64,000 nt of DNA from NCBI RefSeq assembly GCF_006345805.1, contig NC_042997.1, forward strand, positions 112,034,001 through 112,098,000, in the 5' to 3' direction. Under the pieces are notes generated by a model. That model did no database searches. It was not told the origin of the DNA and saw only the letters and a program-made list of their open reading frames with translations. Position numbers and translations under genes: made by a program. The stretch is from Octopus sinensis (Eukaryota). Shown piece after piece: positions 25,597 to 38,426 of the stretch (positions are counted from its first letter, which is position 1; each line of letters opens with the position of its first letter).

Positions 25597-25639
25597 ATTT
25601 TCATGGCATGATGACAGATTCTTGAGAGAAATAATAGCA
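25597..25639 (+). other. Candidate internal non-coding exon upstream of the Tigger-derived ORF
   Basis: Long polypyrimidine tract TTTTTTTCTTTTTGTTTTCCAG| acceptor and GCA|GTATGT donor. Confidence 0.4.
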
Positions 25640-25784
25640 GTATGTGATACAGGTGCATGAATCTGGTGCCACAGTTAAGCCCTAAAATATTTCACATGAT
25701 CTTAACATGAACCCTAAATACTTCAGCCCTGAAAAGTTATCTACCCTTAGAATATAGTTCAGATATATTTCAATAATGCAGAAA

Positions 25785-26150
25785 TAACAAGAGCACTCAG
25801 AGTGCAAACCTCTGCCCAAGGCAACACCAATGTCCTCTCAACAATTAGCCAGAGATGATTTTTAGAATGAGAATATCTGAAATAAACTCAGCTACTCTCA
25901 CAAATGAGAATGCTAAAAATGAACCCGACTGCTCTCAAAAATTAAGTAAAAAATAGGAAAAATAATCCAGAATCCTTGTCTGATACTGGATCAATCCCAA
26001 AATCTAATCAGTTTGTACCAGTCACGAGGCCAAACATTCCTGAAAGTTTCATTCGAATCCATCCAGCTGCTCTTGAGATATTTTGTCCATGGACAAACAA
26101 ACAAACACGACTGAAAACAATACCTCCGCCTTCGCTAAGGCAGAAGTAAT
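25785..26150 (+). mobile_element. DINE-1/HINE-like (Helentron-associated) non-autonomous element
   Basis: ACCTC(T/C)GCC near both ends, (CAAA)n microsatellite, terminal hairpin ACCTCCGCC-TTCGCTAA-GGCAGAAGT; class assigned from architecture only. Confidence 0.5.
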
Positions 26151-26437
26151 AAACCTTTAATTATCATGGCTTTGAATTTGCTTGGTTTTATATACTGATG
26201 CCAAATCCCCCGAAATCTAATGCAGTATATATATTTATACATTGTAATGTAGATGTAATAGAGAACAACTTAAAGGTCACATGACTTATGAAATGAATCA
26301 GAACAATATATTTAGCTGTTAGTGTGGTGTGGAGGAGGTTAGTCGCCATTTTATAGTGTTTTTATGTAAATCATTCTAACTTCCATTAGTACAGTGATAG
26401 ACATTGAAGTACTAAATGTAATTTGACCTTAATAATT

Positions 26438-27490
26438 ATGGATAAGAGAAAGATTGATGAGGTTAATTCTGGTGTTAAGAGGAGGAGGAAAGTGTTAACT
26501 CTGGACAGTAAACTGGAAATTATAAAAAGACATGAACGTGGTGAGAGTAAAGCAAAAATAGGACGAGATTTAGGAATGAATGAGTCGACTGTGAGAGCGA
26601 TTCTGAAGAAGATTGATGACTATAAAGAAAAAGGTAAAGTAGCGTCAACTTTGGGTCTGCAAACAACAAGGAATAGAAGTCGGATTATGATTGAAATGGA
26701 GCATCTTTTGTCTTTGTGGATTGAAGATTGCAACCTTAAGCAAATTCCTCTAAACACCATGACTATTAAAATGAAAGCTTTAAATATTTTCTCTGCAATT
26801 AAAAGAAATTTAACGAAAGAAAATGAAATTCTAACAGCAGCCGAAATGAAAGAGACTTTTACTGCTAGTTCTGGTTGGTTTGAGAGGTTTAAAACTCGAA
26901 CAGGGATTCACAATGTTCGTATAACAGGGGAGGCTGGCTGTGTAGACAAATATACAAGAGACAAAGATCCAAACACTTTTAAAAAAATAATTGAAGAACG
27001 AGATTATGATGACAAACAATTATTTAATACTGATGAAATGAACTTATATTGGGTAAAAATGCCTTCGAAAACGTTTTTAATAAAGAAAGAAAATATACAA
27101 AAATCACAACCTTTGCTTGGTTTTGATGAAAAAGACGATAGAAATGATGAGGATTTGTTTGAACCTCATTCAAAAGGATTAAGTGATGATGAACTCCTTA
27201 ATTTAGATCGGGAGTGTGTGTACAAAAAAGCAGTCGGTCAAGCGGGCGATAAAGAGGAACAACAAAACATAGAAATTTCTGTAAAAGGACTTGATACAAT
27301 GTTTCAAGAATTTGAAAAATTCAAACAGTTAATAATGGATATTGACCCTAACATTGAAAGAAGAACAAAAGTTCAGCAGAACTTGGACAATGTACTGTCT
27401 TGCTACAAACAGATCCATGCAGAGAAAACGAAAGAAAACAATAAAAACGGAACACAAATGACTTTGGATAAGTATTTTTCAAAGAAATAA
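26438..27490 (+). CDS. Tigger/pogo transposase-derived protein (CENP-B-type HTH_psq + HTH_Tnp_Tc5 + C-terminal tail), DDE core deleted in frame; 350 aa
   Basis: KRKVLTLDSKLEIIK..GESKAKIGRDLGMNESTVRAILK; ASSGWFERFK; TGEAG; FNTDEM..YW..MPSKT; then jumps to GF..DLFEPHSKGLSDDEL..DPNIER..SCYKQI..QMTLDKYFSKK. Uninterrupted ORF from ATG 26438; no flanking TIRs seen. Confidence 0.85.
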   Translation: MDKRKIDEVNSGVKRRRKVLTLDSKLEIIKRHERGESKAKIGRDLGMNESTVRAILKKIDDYKEKGKVASTLGLQTTRNRSRIMIEMEHLLSLWIEDCNLKQIPLNTMTIKMKALNIFSAIKRNLTKENEILTAAEMKETFTASSGWFERFKTRTGIHNVRITGEAGCVDKYTRDKDPNTFKKIIEERDYDDKQLFNTDEMNLYWVKMPSKTFLIKKENIQKSQPLLGFDEKDDRNDEDLFEPHSKGLSDDELLNLDRECVYKKAVGQAGDKEEQQNIEISVKGLDTMFQEFEKFKQLIMDIDPNIERRTKVQQNLDNVLSCYKQIHAEKTKENNKNGTQMTLDKYFSKK

Positions 27491-28507
27491 ATTAACAAAA
27501 ATATCTATTTTGTTTCTGTCTTGTATTATTTATTTGCTGTGAGTGTTAAAACTTTCAGTCAATGTATTTCATATTATCCTCAAACAAGGTGATCTAAATT
27601 AAAACCATCCATGCTAATTTATATTCAAAATACCAGCTTAATAATGACAAAAGTTGTTTCCCTAAGTTCTTCATTATTTTTAAAATTAACTGAAACAAAG
27701 ACAGTGTATTTCAACAGGAATATGGTAACAAAAGCGTTAAAGTGATCTAAAAACCTTCCATCAAAATTTTATGTTATGTTCCAAATACCAGTTTAAAAAC
27801 AACAAATTTCTTTATTTTCAAAATTAATTGAAACAAAAGCAGTGTTTCAACAGAAATCTCTCTCTTTTTACTCTTTTACTTGTTTCAGTCATTTGACTGT
27901 GGCCATGCTGGAGCACTGTCTTTAGTAGAGCAAATCGACCCCAGAGCTTATTCTTTGTAAGCCTAGTACTTATTTTATCTCTTTTGCTGAACCGCTAAGT
28001 TACGGGGATGTAAACACACTAGCATCGGTTGTCAAGCAATCTTTAGGGGGGGGGGGGACAAACAGACACACAAACACATACACACACACACATATATACA
28101 TATATGCGACGGGCTTCTTTCAGTTTCCGTCTACCAAATCCACTCAGAAGGCTTTGGTTGGCCCGAGGCTATAGTAGAAGACACTTGCCCAAGGTGCCAC
28201 GCAGTGGGACTGAACCCAGAACCATGTAGTTGGGAAGCAAGTTACATAGCACACAGCCAGGTAACAATAGGGTTAAAAGTGGTAACAAAATGAATTTTTA
28301 CCAAATTCTGCCATTATTTTGCAATTCTTGAACCAGTTGTTGCATTTTTTTTATTGCCATGTTCAGTTAACATAGCATTTTCACAGATTTAATTAAATGT
28401 GTTCATTAGAGTTTTAATGTAACTCTCATGGATACAAATTAATGAGGGAGCCTGTATGCGGTCACTTGACCTCTTAGAAAAAGCAACCAAAGTCTCACAA
28501 ATCAAAT

Positions 28508-29112
28508 CTTAGAAATTTCTATTTTTAAATCTTACAACATGAGATATTCAGCAACAGTACTTTGGAGTAAAGGTTGTTTGCCAATATAATATGGCAGTCC
28601 TGGTTTAGAACTAATGTTACTGTAATTTAGCCCCAGGGAACAACATTATCTGTGTCCTTATATTTTTGAACAAGGGAATCTAGCACCCCCACTCAGCTCA
28701 AAATAATATCTGTGTCCTAAACCAGGACTGCCATGTTATGGAGGCAAACAATCTTTACTCCAAAGTACTGTTCCTGAAAATCTCGCATTGTGAGATTTAA
28801 AAATAGTAATTTTCTATTTTATAGATCAGTAACTAGTTGTCACTTTGAAAACTATATATTTTGAATGGGAATTTGGCAGCGCCATCTCTAACTGAACAAT
28901 TATTCTGTGCTGATGAAGGAAAATAATCTAGAAATCACAATACACAGATATTGTTTTGAGCTGAGTGGGGGTGCTAGATTCCCTTGTTCAAAAATATATG
29001 GACACAAATCGTGTCGTATAGCCAGCTGGAGACGATGTCTCCTGGGGCTAAATTATAGTAACATCTGTCCTAAACCAGGACTGCCATGTTACGTTGGCAA
29101 ACAATCTTTACT
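28508..29112. mobile_element. Inverted plus tandem copies of a roughly 350-bp unit (same family as 7886-8159)
   Basis: 28508-28714 on minus; 28715-28818 on plus continuing through 28819-28942 into the next unit (28943-29112). Confidence 0.75.
28905..28947 (+). ncRNA. Decayed minimal hammerhead motif
   Basis: Stem I CTGTG/CACAG; CTGATGA; GGA aaataa TCT; GAAA; ATCACAAT (explainable as CpG decay of palindrome ATCGCGAT); AUA site. Confidence 0.55.
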
Positions 29113-30753
29113 ACAAATCAAATCTTGTGCAAAAAACAAAAAAGGTCTCATAAGGTAATATAATGAGATGGTCATGGCCGGAATGCCTTTGATCATTGAT
29201 TTGGTCATTCAGAGTTGACCTGGAGCTCATAAAAAAGGCTTCCATGAATAGAAGAAAATGCCCTGCCTCTGTGACAAACAGATATCTAATAATGGACCAA
29301 TGAGAAGAGGAGGAGGAGGAAAACATGATCCTTTGAGAGTGGTTCGTTGCATAGATGCAGACCACAGGGTCTTTGGGTGGTTTTAGTGGAGTTCATGTTG
29401 TTTCAAGCATTTGGGTAAGGTGTTTAGTTTAATAATAAACGCCTTCCTTATACCTGCCAATCTCAGAGGCCCTGAAAAATGACAGGGTCATGGGCCCTAC
29501 CCCTCCATGATTGAACTTCAGAAAGAAAGGAAAAATATGTGGTTGATGATCTGTTCGAAAATTTGCAGGAAGAAGATGGTCAGGTGGGAATCCCAGGAAA
29601 AAAAAAAAAATGAAAGCCATCTGGGGAGAAAGGATTCAGTAAAGTGTTCAGGGTAAGGCCTGGAAAATATGTCACAGATGGATGACACCATTAGATTGCA
29701 TTCTGAGGGGTGTAAGGGTTCTTACACTTTTGTTTCACCACCATGAAAGAAGCCTATGATGTGTGTGTGTGCTAGCATAGGAGACAGACATTGATGATGA
29801 TGGTGGTGGTGATGGTAGTGGTGCATGTGTGTATGTCTCCTTGTTTTGACATTATGTGATGTTTGTATACGAGCCTTGCCATCATACAAGTGACAGCCTT
29901 TGTTTTCAATCTTCTGTGAAAACATGTCTATCCAAAGGGAAATATTACCTTGCTTGGAAACAGACGAGGATTGGTGACAGGAAGAGCATCCAGCAGTAGA
30001 TCTGTCTCAGAAAATTCCATCTGATTCATGCAAACATGGAAAGGTGGTCATTAAACAATGATGATGATGTTGTTGTTGCCCATTAATGAGTCAGACTTAA
30101 ACCATAATTATAAATTTCCTACTCAGTGAAACCCAGTGACTCATGTTTGGCTATCTGAAATGTGCAGTTTTCATTATTGTAATTAATTTTAATTACACAG
30201 TCTCCTTTATTAACATTTGTTGCTTCTGTAATCTTAAATGCTGCCAACCTCCTCTAATAAATCTTAAAATATTGCATTGTTCTGGCGGCAGCTGTTCAAG
30301 AGGTCACTGATCTCAGAAATTTGTGAAGACGGCCATGAATGCAGCCTCTTTTACCAGAGCAGGCCAACAGAACAGACAAACATAAAAGTGCTGCCCCTAT
30401 TTTGCCTTCGCTGTGTTCACTTCTAAGACTCTAAAACTTTGGTTCTTAATCAGGGTCCGCATGACCCCTGTGGAGTCTATATGACCCTTGGGGGTCCACA
30501 TAAGATTTTGGTGTTAAAATTTATCTGCAATAAATTGGTTATATTTCTTCAATACAAAATGAAGAAAAAAGATTTTAACCATTTTCCTATAAAACTCCTA
30601 ATGGTGGTAAGAAGCTTGCTTCCCAACCACATGGTTCTGGGTTCCGTCCCACTGCATGGCATCTTGAGCAAGTGTCTTCTACTATAGCCTCAGGCCAACT
30701 AAAGCTCCATGAATAAATTTGGTAGATGGAAACTTAAAGAAGCCCGTCGTATA

Positions 30754-30789
<36 letters not shown>

Positions 30790-33735
30790 TGTGTGTGTGT
30801 GTGTGTGTGTATAAATGTATATGTTTTTGTGTCTGTGTTTGTGCCCCACCATCGTTTGACAACCGATGCTGGTGTGTTTGCTTCCCCGTAACTTAACGGT
30901 TCAGCAAAAGAGACCGATAGAATAAGCACCAGGCTGACAAAAAATAAGTCCTTGGGACGATTTGCTTCAGTATGGCCGCAGTCAAACGACTGAAACAAAT
31001 AAATGAATATATAATTAAAAAATGCTTTAAAAAAAAAAATCAAATGTCTACGAGGGTCCATCTGAGTTAAAAGGGAATCAAAAGAGTCCATTGTTGAAAA
31101 ATAGTTGAGAAACACTAAACAACTGATCGACATGCCAGAAATAGTAGTGAAATCTCTCTCAAACCACACCCTATTGTTCTAGTACAAGGACACTTGGATA
31201 ATGTAATTATAGTTATAATTTGTTTGTATATATTTATTTCTTGCGACATTTAGTCATTTTTTAATGTTCTGAATTCAAATTTCACCGAGGTCGATTTTGC
31301 CTTTCATCCTTTCGGGGTCGATAAATTAAGTATCAGTTGAGAATTTGGGTCGGTGTGATCGACTTAACCACTCTCTCGACTCTGCAGGCCTTGAGCCCCA
31401 AATCGAAACTGATAAATAAACATTCAAACATAGTATAGTTTAATTATAAATCAGTTTATTGTCATTGTATACGATGTATACAACTCATTGATATGTGTAG
31501 AGTAAATAAAATAACAGCGACTATTTCGCGTCGTTGATCTGCTAAGATTATTAATAAAAAGCAAGGTGAGAGAAGAATTTGCAAAAATTTTTAAGCCATA
31601 TCTTCTTCTCTCCCTTAATATATATTACCGAGTTTGCTGCCTGTAATAGTTTTAACATGTCAAACATGAAAATTCAGAAATAAATACTTGATATTTTCTT
31701 TAGTTCTATACATCGCCAGAGAGATAAAGTTTAATTTCCGTCTCTATCTTGTTTCTCTAGTTTAGTATCATGTCTCATAAAATAGAGACAAGGTTTCTGA
31801 TTGAAATAACCTTGGAAGAAGACACGGATGTTACACAACTTTTTTCCCCATTTCCTCCTCTCCTATAAATACCAGAACAGTTTTCTTTTAGCTGTTAAGG
31901 CCTTTCACACTTACGTAACAAGTCAATATTTTGAGTGTTGAGGTTGAACTTATTGATTATAGAGAACTATTTTCTATCCGTCAAACAGTGCTACTGCAAT
32001 TTACACCAGCAATTCATTAGTACATGTTTTAATCCAGTTTTAATTATAAAAAGTTCATAGTAGATGTCTGTAGAAAAACACTGCCTTTGTTTTAATTAAT
32101 TATGAAAATAATGAAGTATTTTGTAAAATAACTTTATCATTATTAACCTGGTACTTGGAACTTATATTAACATGGAAAATTTAAATTTGAATCCCTTTAA
32201 AATAGGAATTTTGTACCATAGAATCAAGGGCGGTCTTGGACTGGTTAGTATCAAAAGAATGTTTTTGCCCTGGGACACTTGGTTCTGTCACATGTTATGA
32301 ACAGAACAGCGCTACCTCAACATAATATATCATTTTTCCACTATATTCTTTCGACGAAGTTTTAACCATTATCTTATTATAGAAGACTTAAATATTCTCT
32401 TAAAAGTAATTTCGACAAAAAATTGTTTCTTTTTTTCATGTCTGCTCTGTTAAATTAAGGGCGAAATCCGCTGTAACCACTGACGGCTGTTCCTCATGTA
32501 GTTTGTCGAAGACCAACCAACACAGTAGTAGTTATTTCGGCTACAACATACTATTTAATAACTAAGCTTGTGTTAATTATAAAATAAAATAACAATAACA
32601 GTGATTTATTATTCTTTAAAATAAAACTAATTGTGAACTATTCCTTAAAGGGCAAAAATTGCTAATCGTAGGTTATGTCCCTTTAATTTGTGAGGGGTTC
32701 AAACCTCGCTGAAGTTGAACATTTCTTTGCTCCTGGGACCAATAAAACAAATACATAGCGAAGTACAGATAACCATATGATCGTTACCAAGTCATGTTCT
32801 GTGCATATATCACAAATCATTTTATTGAACTTGATTAGCTGAGACAGTTGACACCTCTCACTCGCAATGTCTTCTGGATATTCTGGTATTTAAAGTAAAA
32901 AAATATTTCCACAACTCGTGTCATCTTCGTAATTAAACAAGAAAGAAGGATTAACAGCACTTTTGCAGTTAAATAAATGAATTAACCAACGTTATTACCG
33001 AGAATGGACAATTCGAAGACCCAGTCTTCTATGACACAATTCTACGGATAAATTATATTTGATCGAACTTAAAGAAACGAAAAATCTAAGTCGACCGTCG
33101 CTAAATTATAATTACATTAACTAAGAACTTTATTATAATGATATGATAGATTATATATTAATTTGTATTCATTATTTTATCCTTTACATATCAATTATAT
33201 CGGTTTCTTAAAAATACGAAAATATCGCTAATAATAAATCAATATTTCATCAACTTTTCGATCTCGTACTTATTTCAGTTATTAGACTGCGGCCATGCTG
33301 GGGCACCACCTTAAAGAATTTTAGTCGAACGAATCGACTGCTGTTTTTGTTTTGTTTTTAAACCTGGTACACATTCTAGCAATTAATTTCGCCGAACCGC
33401 TAAGTTACCGGGACGTAAACACACCAACACGGGTTGTCAAGCAGTGGTGGGAGACAACACAGACACGCTTTTGTGTGTGTGTGTGTGTGAAGTTATCTAC
33501 TGTCAGCGTTCTCTTTTACTCTTTTACTTGTTTCAGTCATGTAACTGTGGCCATGCTGGAGTACCGCCTTTAGTCGAGCAAATCGACCCCAGGACTTATT
33601 CTTTGTAAGCCTAGTACTTATTCCATCGGTCTCTTTTGCCGAACCGCTAAGTTACGGGGACGTAAACACACCAGCATCGATTGTCAAGCGATGTTGGGGA
33701 GACAAATACAGACAAACATACACACACACACACAC

Positions 33736-33779
<44 letters not shown>

Positions 33780-33944
33780 CACACATATACGACAGGCGTC
33801 TTTCAGTTTCCGTCTACCAAATTCACTCACAAATCTTTGGTCGGCCCGAGGCTATAGTAGAAGACACTTGCCCAAGGTGCCACGCAGTGGGCTGAACCCG
33901 GAACCATGTGGTTGGTAAGCAAGCTACTTACCACACAGCCACTC

Positions 33945-35390
33945 TTTCGTTATTGTAGCTAATACGTTGTATATTGTTTCGTGTTATATTTAGAATAAAT
34001 AATATATAAAACTGATTTTCTCTCTTGGAACTAAAGATACCCCAAACATCCGAGATATGAACGGAATTGCGGGCATTAATATAGACGAAGAAACAGGCGT
34101 TATTCTTAGTTTCTAAGGATTTTATAAATATCAAATGCCTTTGTGCGTGTGTTCCCGAACGCTTAATCCCATGTTAGGGCACGTGTGTGTGGTCGTCTGT
34201 ATGTTTTGGTTAAACAATTTTGGGCTTCTCAGGATATGGTGGTGAAATAGACAAGGGTGGAGAACTGGTGAAAATCATTATGGAGCTCGTAGGTACGATA
34301 AAATATACCTGCTTTCATGTGGGCAAGGGCTAAGTTTAGGTAGATATCTGGATACTGAGAGTTTTTAATATACTTTTTTTTTCCACTTTGCTATTCATAG
34401 CTTGCACTTTCTGCTATTTCTCAGAGATTTTTCCACTTTATGTTGTATTCCGTGCCTCTTTCCTTTAACGAGCATACGTGCCTGGCTAAGGCTGTGGCAT
34501 TTCGTCTCTGGGGTATTGAAGGAAGACTTGGGGGGGTCATTGAATCTGGTTCTAAAGGGACCTTCTTTCGCTCCCACATACAACCGCACGTTTAGTTGTT
34601 CATTCAGGCCTTTTGCTGTTACCTCTGCTCCATTTACGACTGTTTTCGTGTTACGGTGGTCATTAAGGGAACATGTAGTGTTACTTTTACATGAGCATAC
34701 TGCCTGTGTCTCAGATATGTACCGACCTACTAGTATCTCTTTTACACTAGGTGCATAGCTAAAGGAAACTCCTAAGGTGAGCCTATTAAAAATTTTTCTG
34801 AACCTATTCGTACAGGGAAAGTATTTATCCTTGAAGCTAATAAAAATCTTACCCATGCAATTTTTTACGCTTAAGGAGAAGACGTATATGACCCACAACA
34901 CTTTCCGGTGACATTTTCTCTTGGAGGGGATTAAGGTTTGGCGTACAAGTAAGCCTATCCTTAAAACCATTGGCAGCCAGAGCTTCATTGTCGTATAGGG
35001 TAGCAGCGTAAAAAATGTCTTTACTTGAAAATAGGTTGGAGATTCTTCTGCTGGTTTCCTTTACCAGGTCCTTGAACACTATGGGTGGATATCAGAACAC
35101 TGTGTTAAAGTATGCCAGCTTCTCGCTTGGCTTTCTAAAAGTACGAAAGGCATCGGATTTCAAGTCCAAAGTCACATCAAGAAAATCCACTTTCTTCAGT
35201 TGGTTTCTACTATAACCTTGAGGCCAAGGGAAGTCATGATATTGGTGAGGTCCTTCATAAGCTTGTCGAGTGGGCGGTCGTTCACCCCTCTCAAAATTAC
35301 CAGAGCATCGTCTTTGTAAAGACTAAACCTCGTAGAAGGGAATTTTTTCTTAAAGCAAATTCAGGACGAAAAACCAACGAGATCACACAC
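33945..35390 (-). mobile_element. Penelope-like element remnant (RT C-half, linker, GIY-YIG endonuclease), with stops and frameshifts
   Basis: SLYKDDAL; VDFLDVTLDL; YPP..FKDL...RISNLFSS; KYFP..RFRKIFNRLTLGVSFSY; CSCK..TCSL; LYVGAKEGPFRTRFN. Confidence 0.9.
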
Positions 35391-35704
35391 GCCAGCACAG
35401 TTAAATTCGCCATCCTGCGTTAGTGCGCTTTCAACATTGGTGCTTGACGCAGTCCTCAGGTTTGTGGCATCCTGTGACACTGTCCAACCCATGCTAGCAT
35501 GCAAGACGGACCTTAAATGATGGCAATGATGCATATATTATATATCATCAATGTGTCACATCCGAAAGAAGAGGCGCACTCTAAAGAATAGAGCAGCAAT
35601 GTATTTACGTGCAGTTAAGTCTATGTCTGGTTATAGAGTGACCAAAGGTTTCATATCCATAAAGCCCCATGGATGACTCGTCCATGGGGTTAGGCCCTTT
35701 ATGT

Positions 35705-36110
35705 ATGCAAAATCAAAAGGAAAATAGAACAAGGTAGAAAATGCTAAAATCATTTTATCAGGAAGAACATTTTAGTACCGGTTTCAGCCTTTGCGACTTT
35801 TTCAACTTAAAGTAAAGCATGAAAAATAATTAAATTGTGGAAAAATGAAATGAAATGTTTTTTTAAAAATATTTCCATAGTTTTCACATACATGGGAATT
35901 TTCCTTTTTTCTGTCTCTCTCTCTCTCTCTTTTACTTTTGTGGAGGCTCAGTAGGTAGGTAGTAGCAGGTCTGAAGAAATATTTAATATGAGGGAAGTGG
36001 GTTCTTGGTTTTGATTGCTTAAGTCGCAAAGACTGAACCCGGTGCTAAAATGTTCTTCATGATAAAATGATTTTAGCATTTTCTACCTTGTCCTATTTTC
36101 CTTATACATA
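35705..36110. mobile_element. Inverted pLTR-like pair (about 85 bp) next to the PLE remnant
   Basis: 35715-35800 is the reverse complement of 36021-36105. Confidence 0.7.
35770..35811 (-). ncRNA. Minimal hammerhead, U3-A8 core variant
   Basis: Minus strand TTTAAG-TTGAAAA-AGTC gcaaa GGCT-GAAA-C CG GTA-CTAAAA; one mismatch in stem I. Confidence 0.55.
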
Positions 36111-36152
36111 TCAACTTGTGTTACTTTTCAAACTTCTACACACACACACACA

Positions 36153-36244
<92 letters not shown>

Positions 36245-37367
36245 CACATATCGTCAGTAAATCATAAATCCGAAAGAGAAGAACACGCTAAGTTATAGAG
36301 CAGTAGAGTAATTAAAAAAAAGAGATAGTTATGGCCGATCTATGGGGTCACCCTAGATTTCACGTCCATAAAGCTCTTAGCTTTAAGGCGTTTCTTCAGA
36401 CCTATATATATATAATGCATTTATCATTCTTATTAGTGAAGTCTCTCATACACAATGTCTTATATTCTAGCAGACAATTATATCGTCCCGATTCTTCAAC
36501 CTTCTATTCTGTGAAGATCTGGAGTTGTATAGATAACAAAATTTATTTTCCTGAAATCGAACGCAAATGGAAAGATTCGATTCCAACGATGAGATAATAC
36601 TGGTCAGTTGAAGACGTTGTTCACTTACACAACCGTTCTTCTTGACAGATAAAAAAAAAAAAAAGAGGGGGAATGACGTCAACTCCTCGCACCGACACTC
36701 TGGAGACCGATACTGAAGGTTTGCCGTTAAATGATATTGCAAAAACTTGTTTAAGGCCGTGATAACATTGCTTTGTCACTTAATTGAGAGAGAGATAATG
36801 TAGTTTCATATTTAATCGAGAGAAATAACAATGTAGCCTGAATCAATGTTCTCGATCGAAAATCACAACCAGACCGTCTTCTCCTATCGCCGTTGGTTTG
36901 CTGCCTCTCGCTCATTTATTTCTAATTATAGAAAGGAAAGAAATTCCTGATTTATGCTATTCTGGGGGAAGAAAACTGGGTCAAGTGTTTAATAAAGCGT
37001 CTCGGGGTTATCAGGTAACTAAGAAATATAGATGCAACAACAAGTAGGTTTAGATAGAAAGATGGAATCAAGAGAAGTAAATGTTAAGAAAGGAAACTGG
37101 GACCGAATTTTACGAAGGGCCAACGGATGGAGGAGATCTTATAGTTTTGTATAAAGCTTTTCATGACCCCAGTACTGTACACACACACACACACACAGAT
37201 TAACATACAGTTTAGGGGTTTGAAGAATAAATTAAAAAATTGGTTGGAAGTCAAGGTAACATGTCATAATTCAATGTAAATAAATCTACGTGACATAACT
37301 AATGCATAAAACGCAGATGTATTTATATTACATGAAAACTACACACACACACACGCACGCACGCACG

Positions 37368-37421
<54 letters not shown>

Positions 37422-37423
<2 letters not shown>

Positions 37424-38095
37424 GAGGATGCAATGAGTAAATTGCCGACATTTTATATTTTTAATTTTACGCATGCGCAATATTTGTTTTCGATTTTGTC
37501 GACTACACAGTATGGTAGGGGCAGTTGAACACTGTCTGTGAGAGAAACAGCACCATAAAACAATTCACTCTGCCAGAATTTTGGAAACAAGTTGTACTAC
37601 TTGGCATTCGTGCCGGAAGCTCCAATACGAACATTTCAGAGTGTTTGAGTGTCAATCTGAGGACTGATAAAAATCAATCATCCAGTCAACATCATGGTGT
37701 TTGAAGTGATCACTAGTGATGGTGACGTTATGCCTCCATTCATCTTCCCACACAGCCTCAGACTAACATAGAGACGTACATCAAGTACCTGGAAGAGGTA
37801 GTGCTGCCCTGGGTCAAGTCAAGAAGGTGGCTGCTGGAAGACCCTATGTCTGGCAACACAATGCCACACAAACAGGAGAACCTAGTCATGGCAGTCAGAG
37901 AATTTCCGCGACCACATCACTCCTACTCCCTATACTGCAACCCCCTTGATTATTATGAGTGGGGCGCAGTTGAGCGAGAGACCAACAAAACTCCTTGCAA
38001 AACAAAAGATGAACTGAAGGCAAGGATTAGGGCAGCATACACCAACTTAAACGAGGAGAGTTTCCAGAAGAGTGGCAAGAGATTCTGAAGTTGAC
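37422..38095 (+). mobile_element. Internally deleted Tc1/mariner element (maT/DD37D-like)
   Basis: HPVNIMVF.VITSDGDVMPPFIFP; YIK.LEEVVLPW; CNPLDYY.WGAVERETNK..KDELKARI; frameshifted. Confidence 0.8.
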
Positions 38096-38426
38096 ATTGT
38101 TTCCTTACACTGGCGCTCTGTGGACCAATACCGAAGGAATGCCTAAAATGAAAATAAGTACAAGGTTAACATGCAGTTTATCATCAAAAGTGTTAGAGCA
38201 AAATGACCTAAAGACACAGTAAATTGCAATGGAAATCAGAATTGACAACAAAAGGGCTATGGATGCTTGCCAAGTAGAAACCGAGGCAAGAATGTGGACT
38301 TATGGTGATTTATTTACATCATATCTTCATGATCATGTGTGGTGAAACAAATTTAGAGATTGTGTATGTGTGCATGTATATCTATATATGTGCAAGTTTG
38401 GATATGTGTGTACATACATACATATA

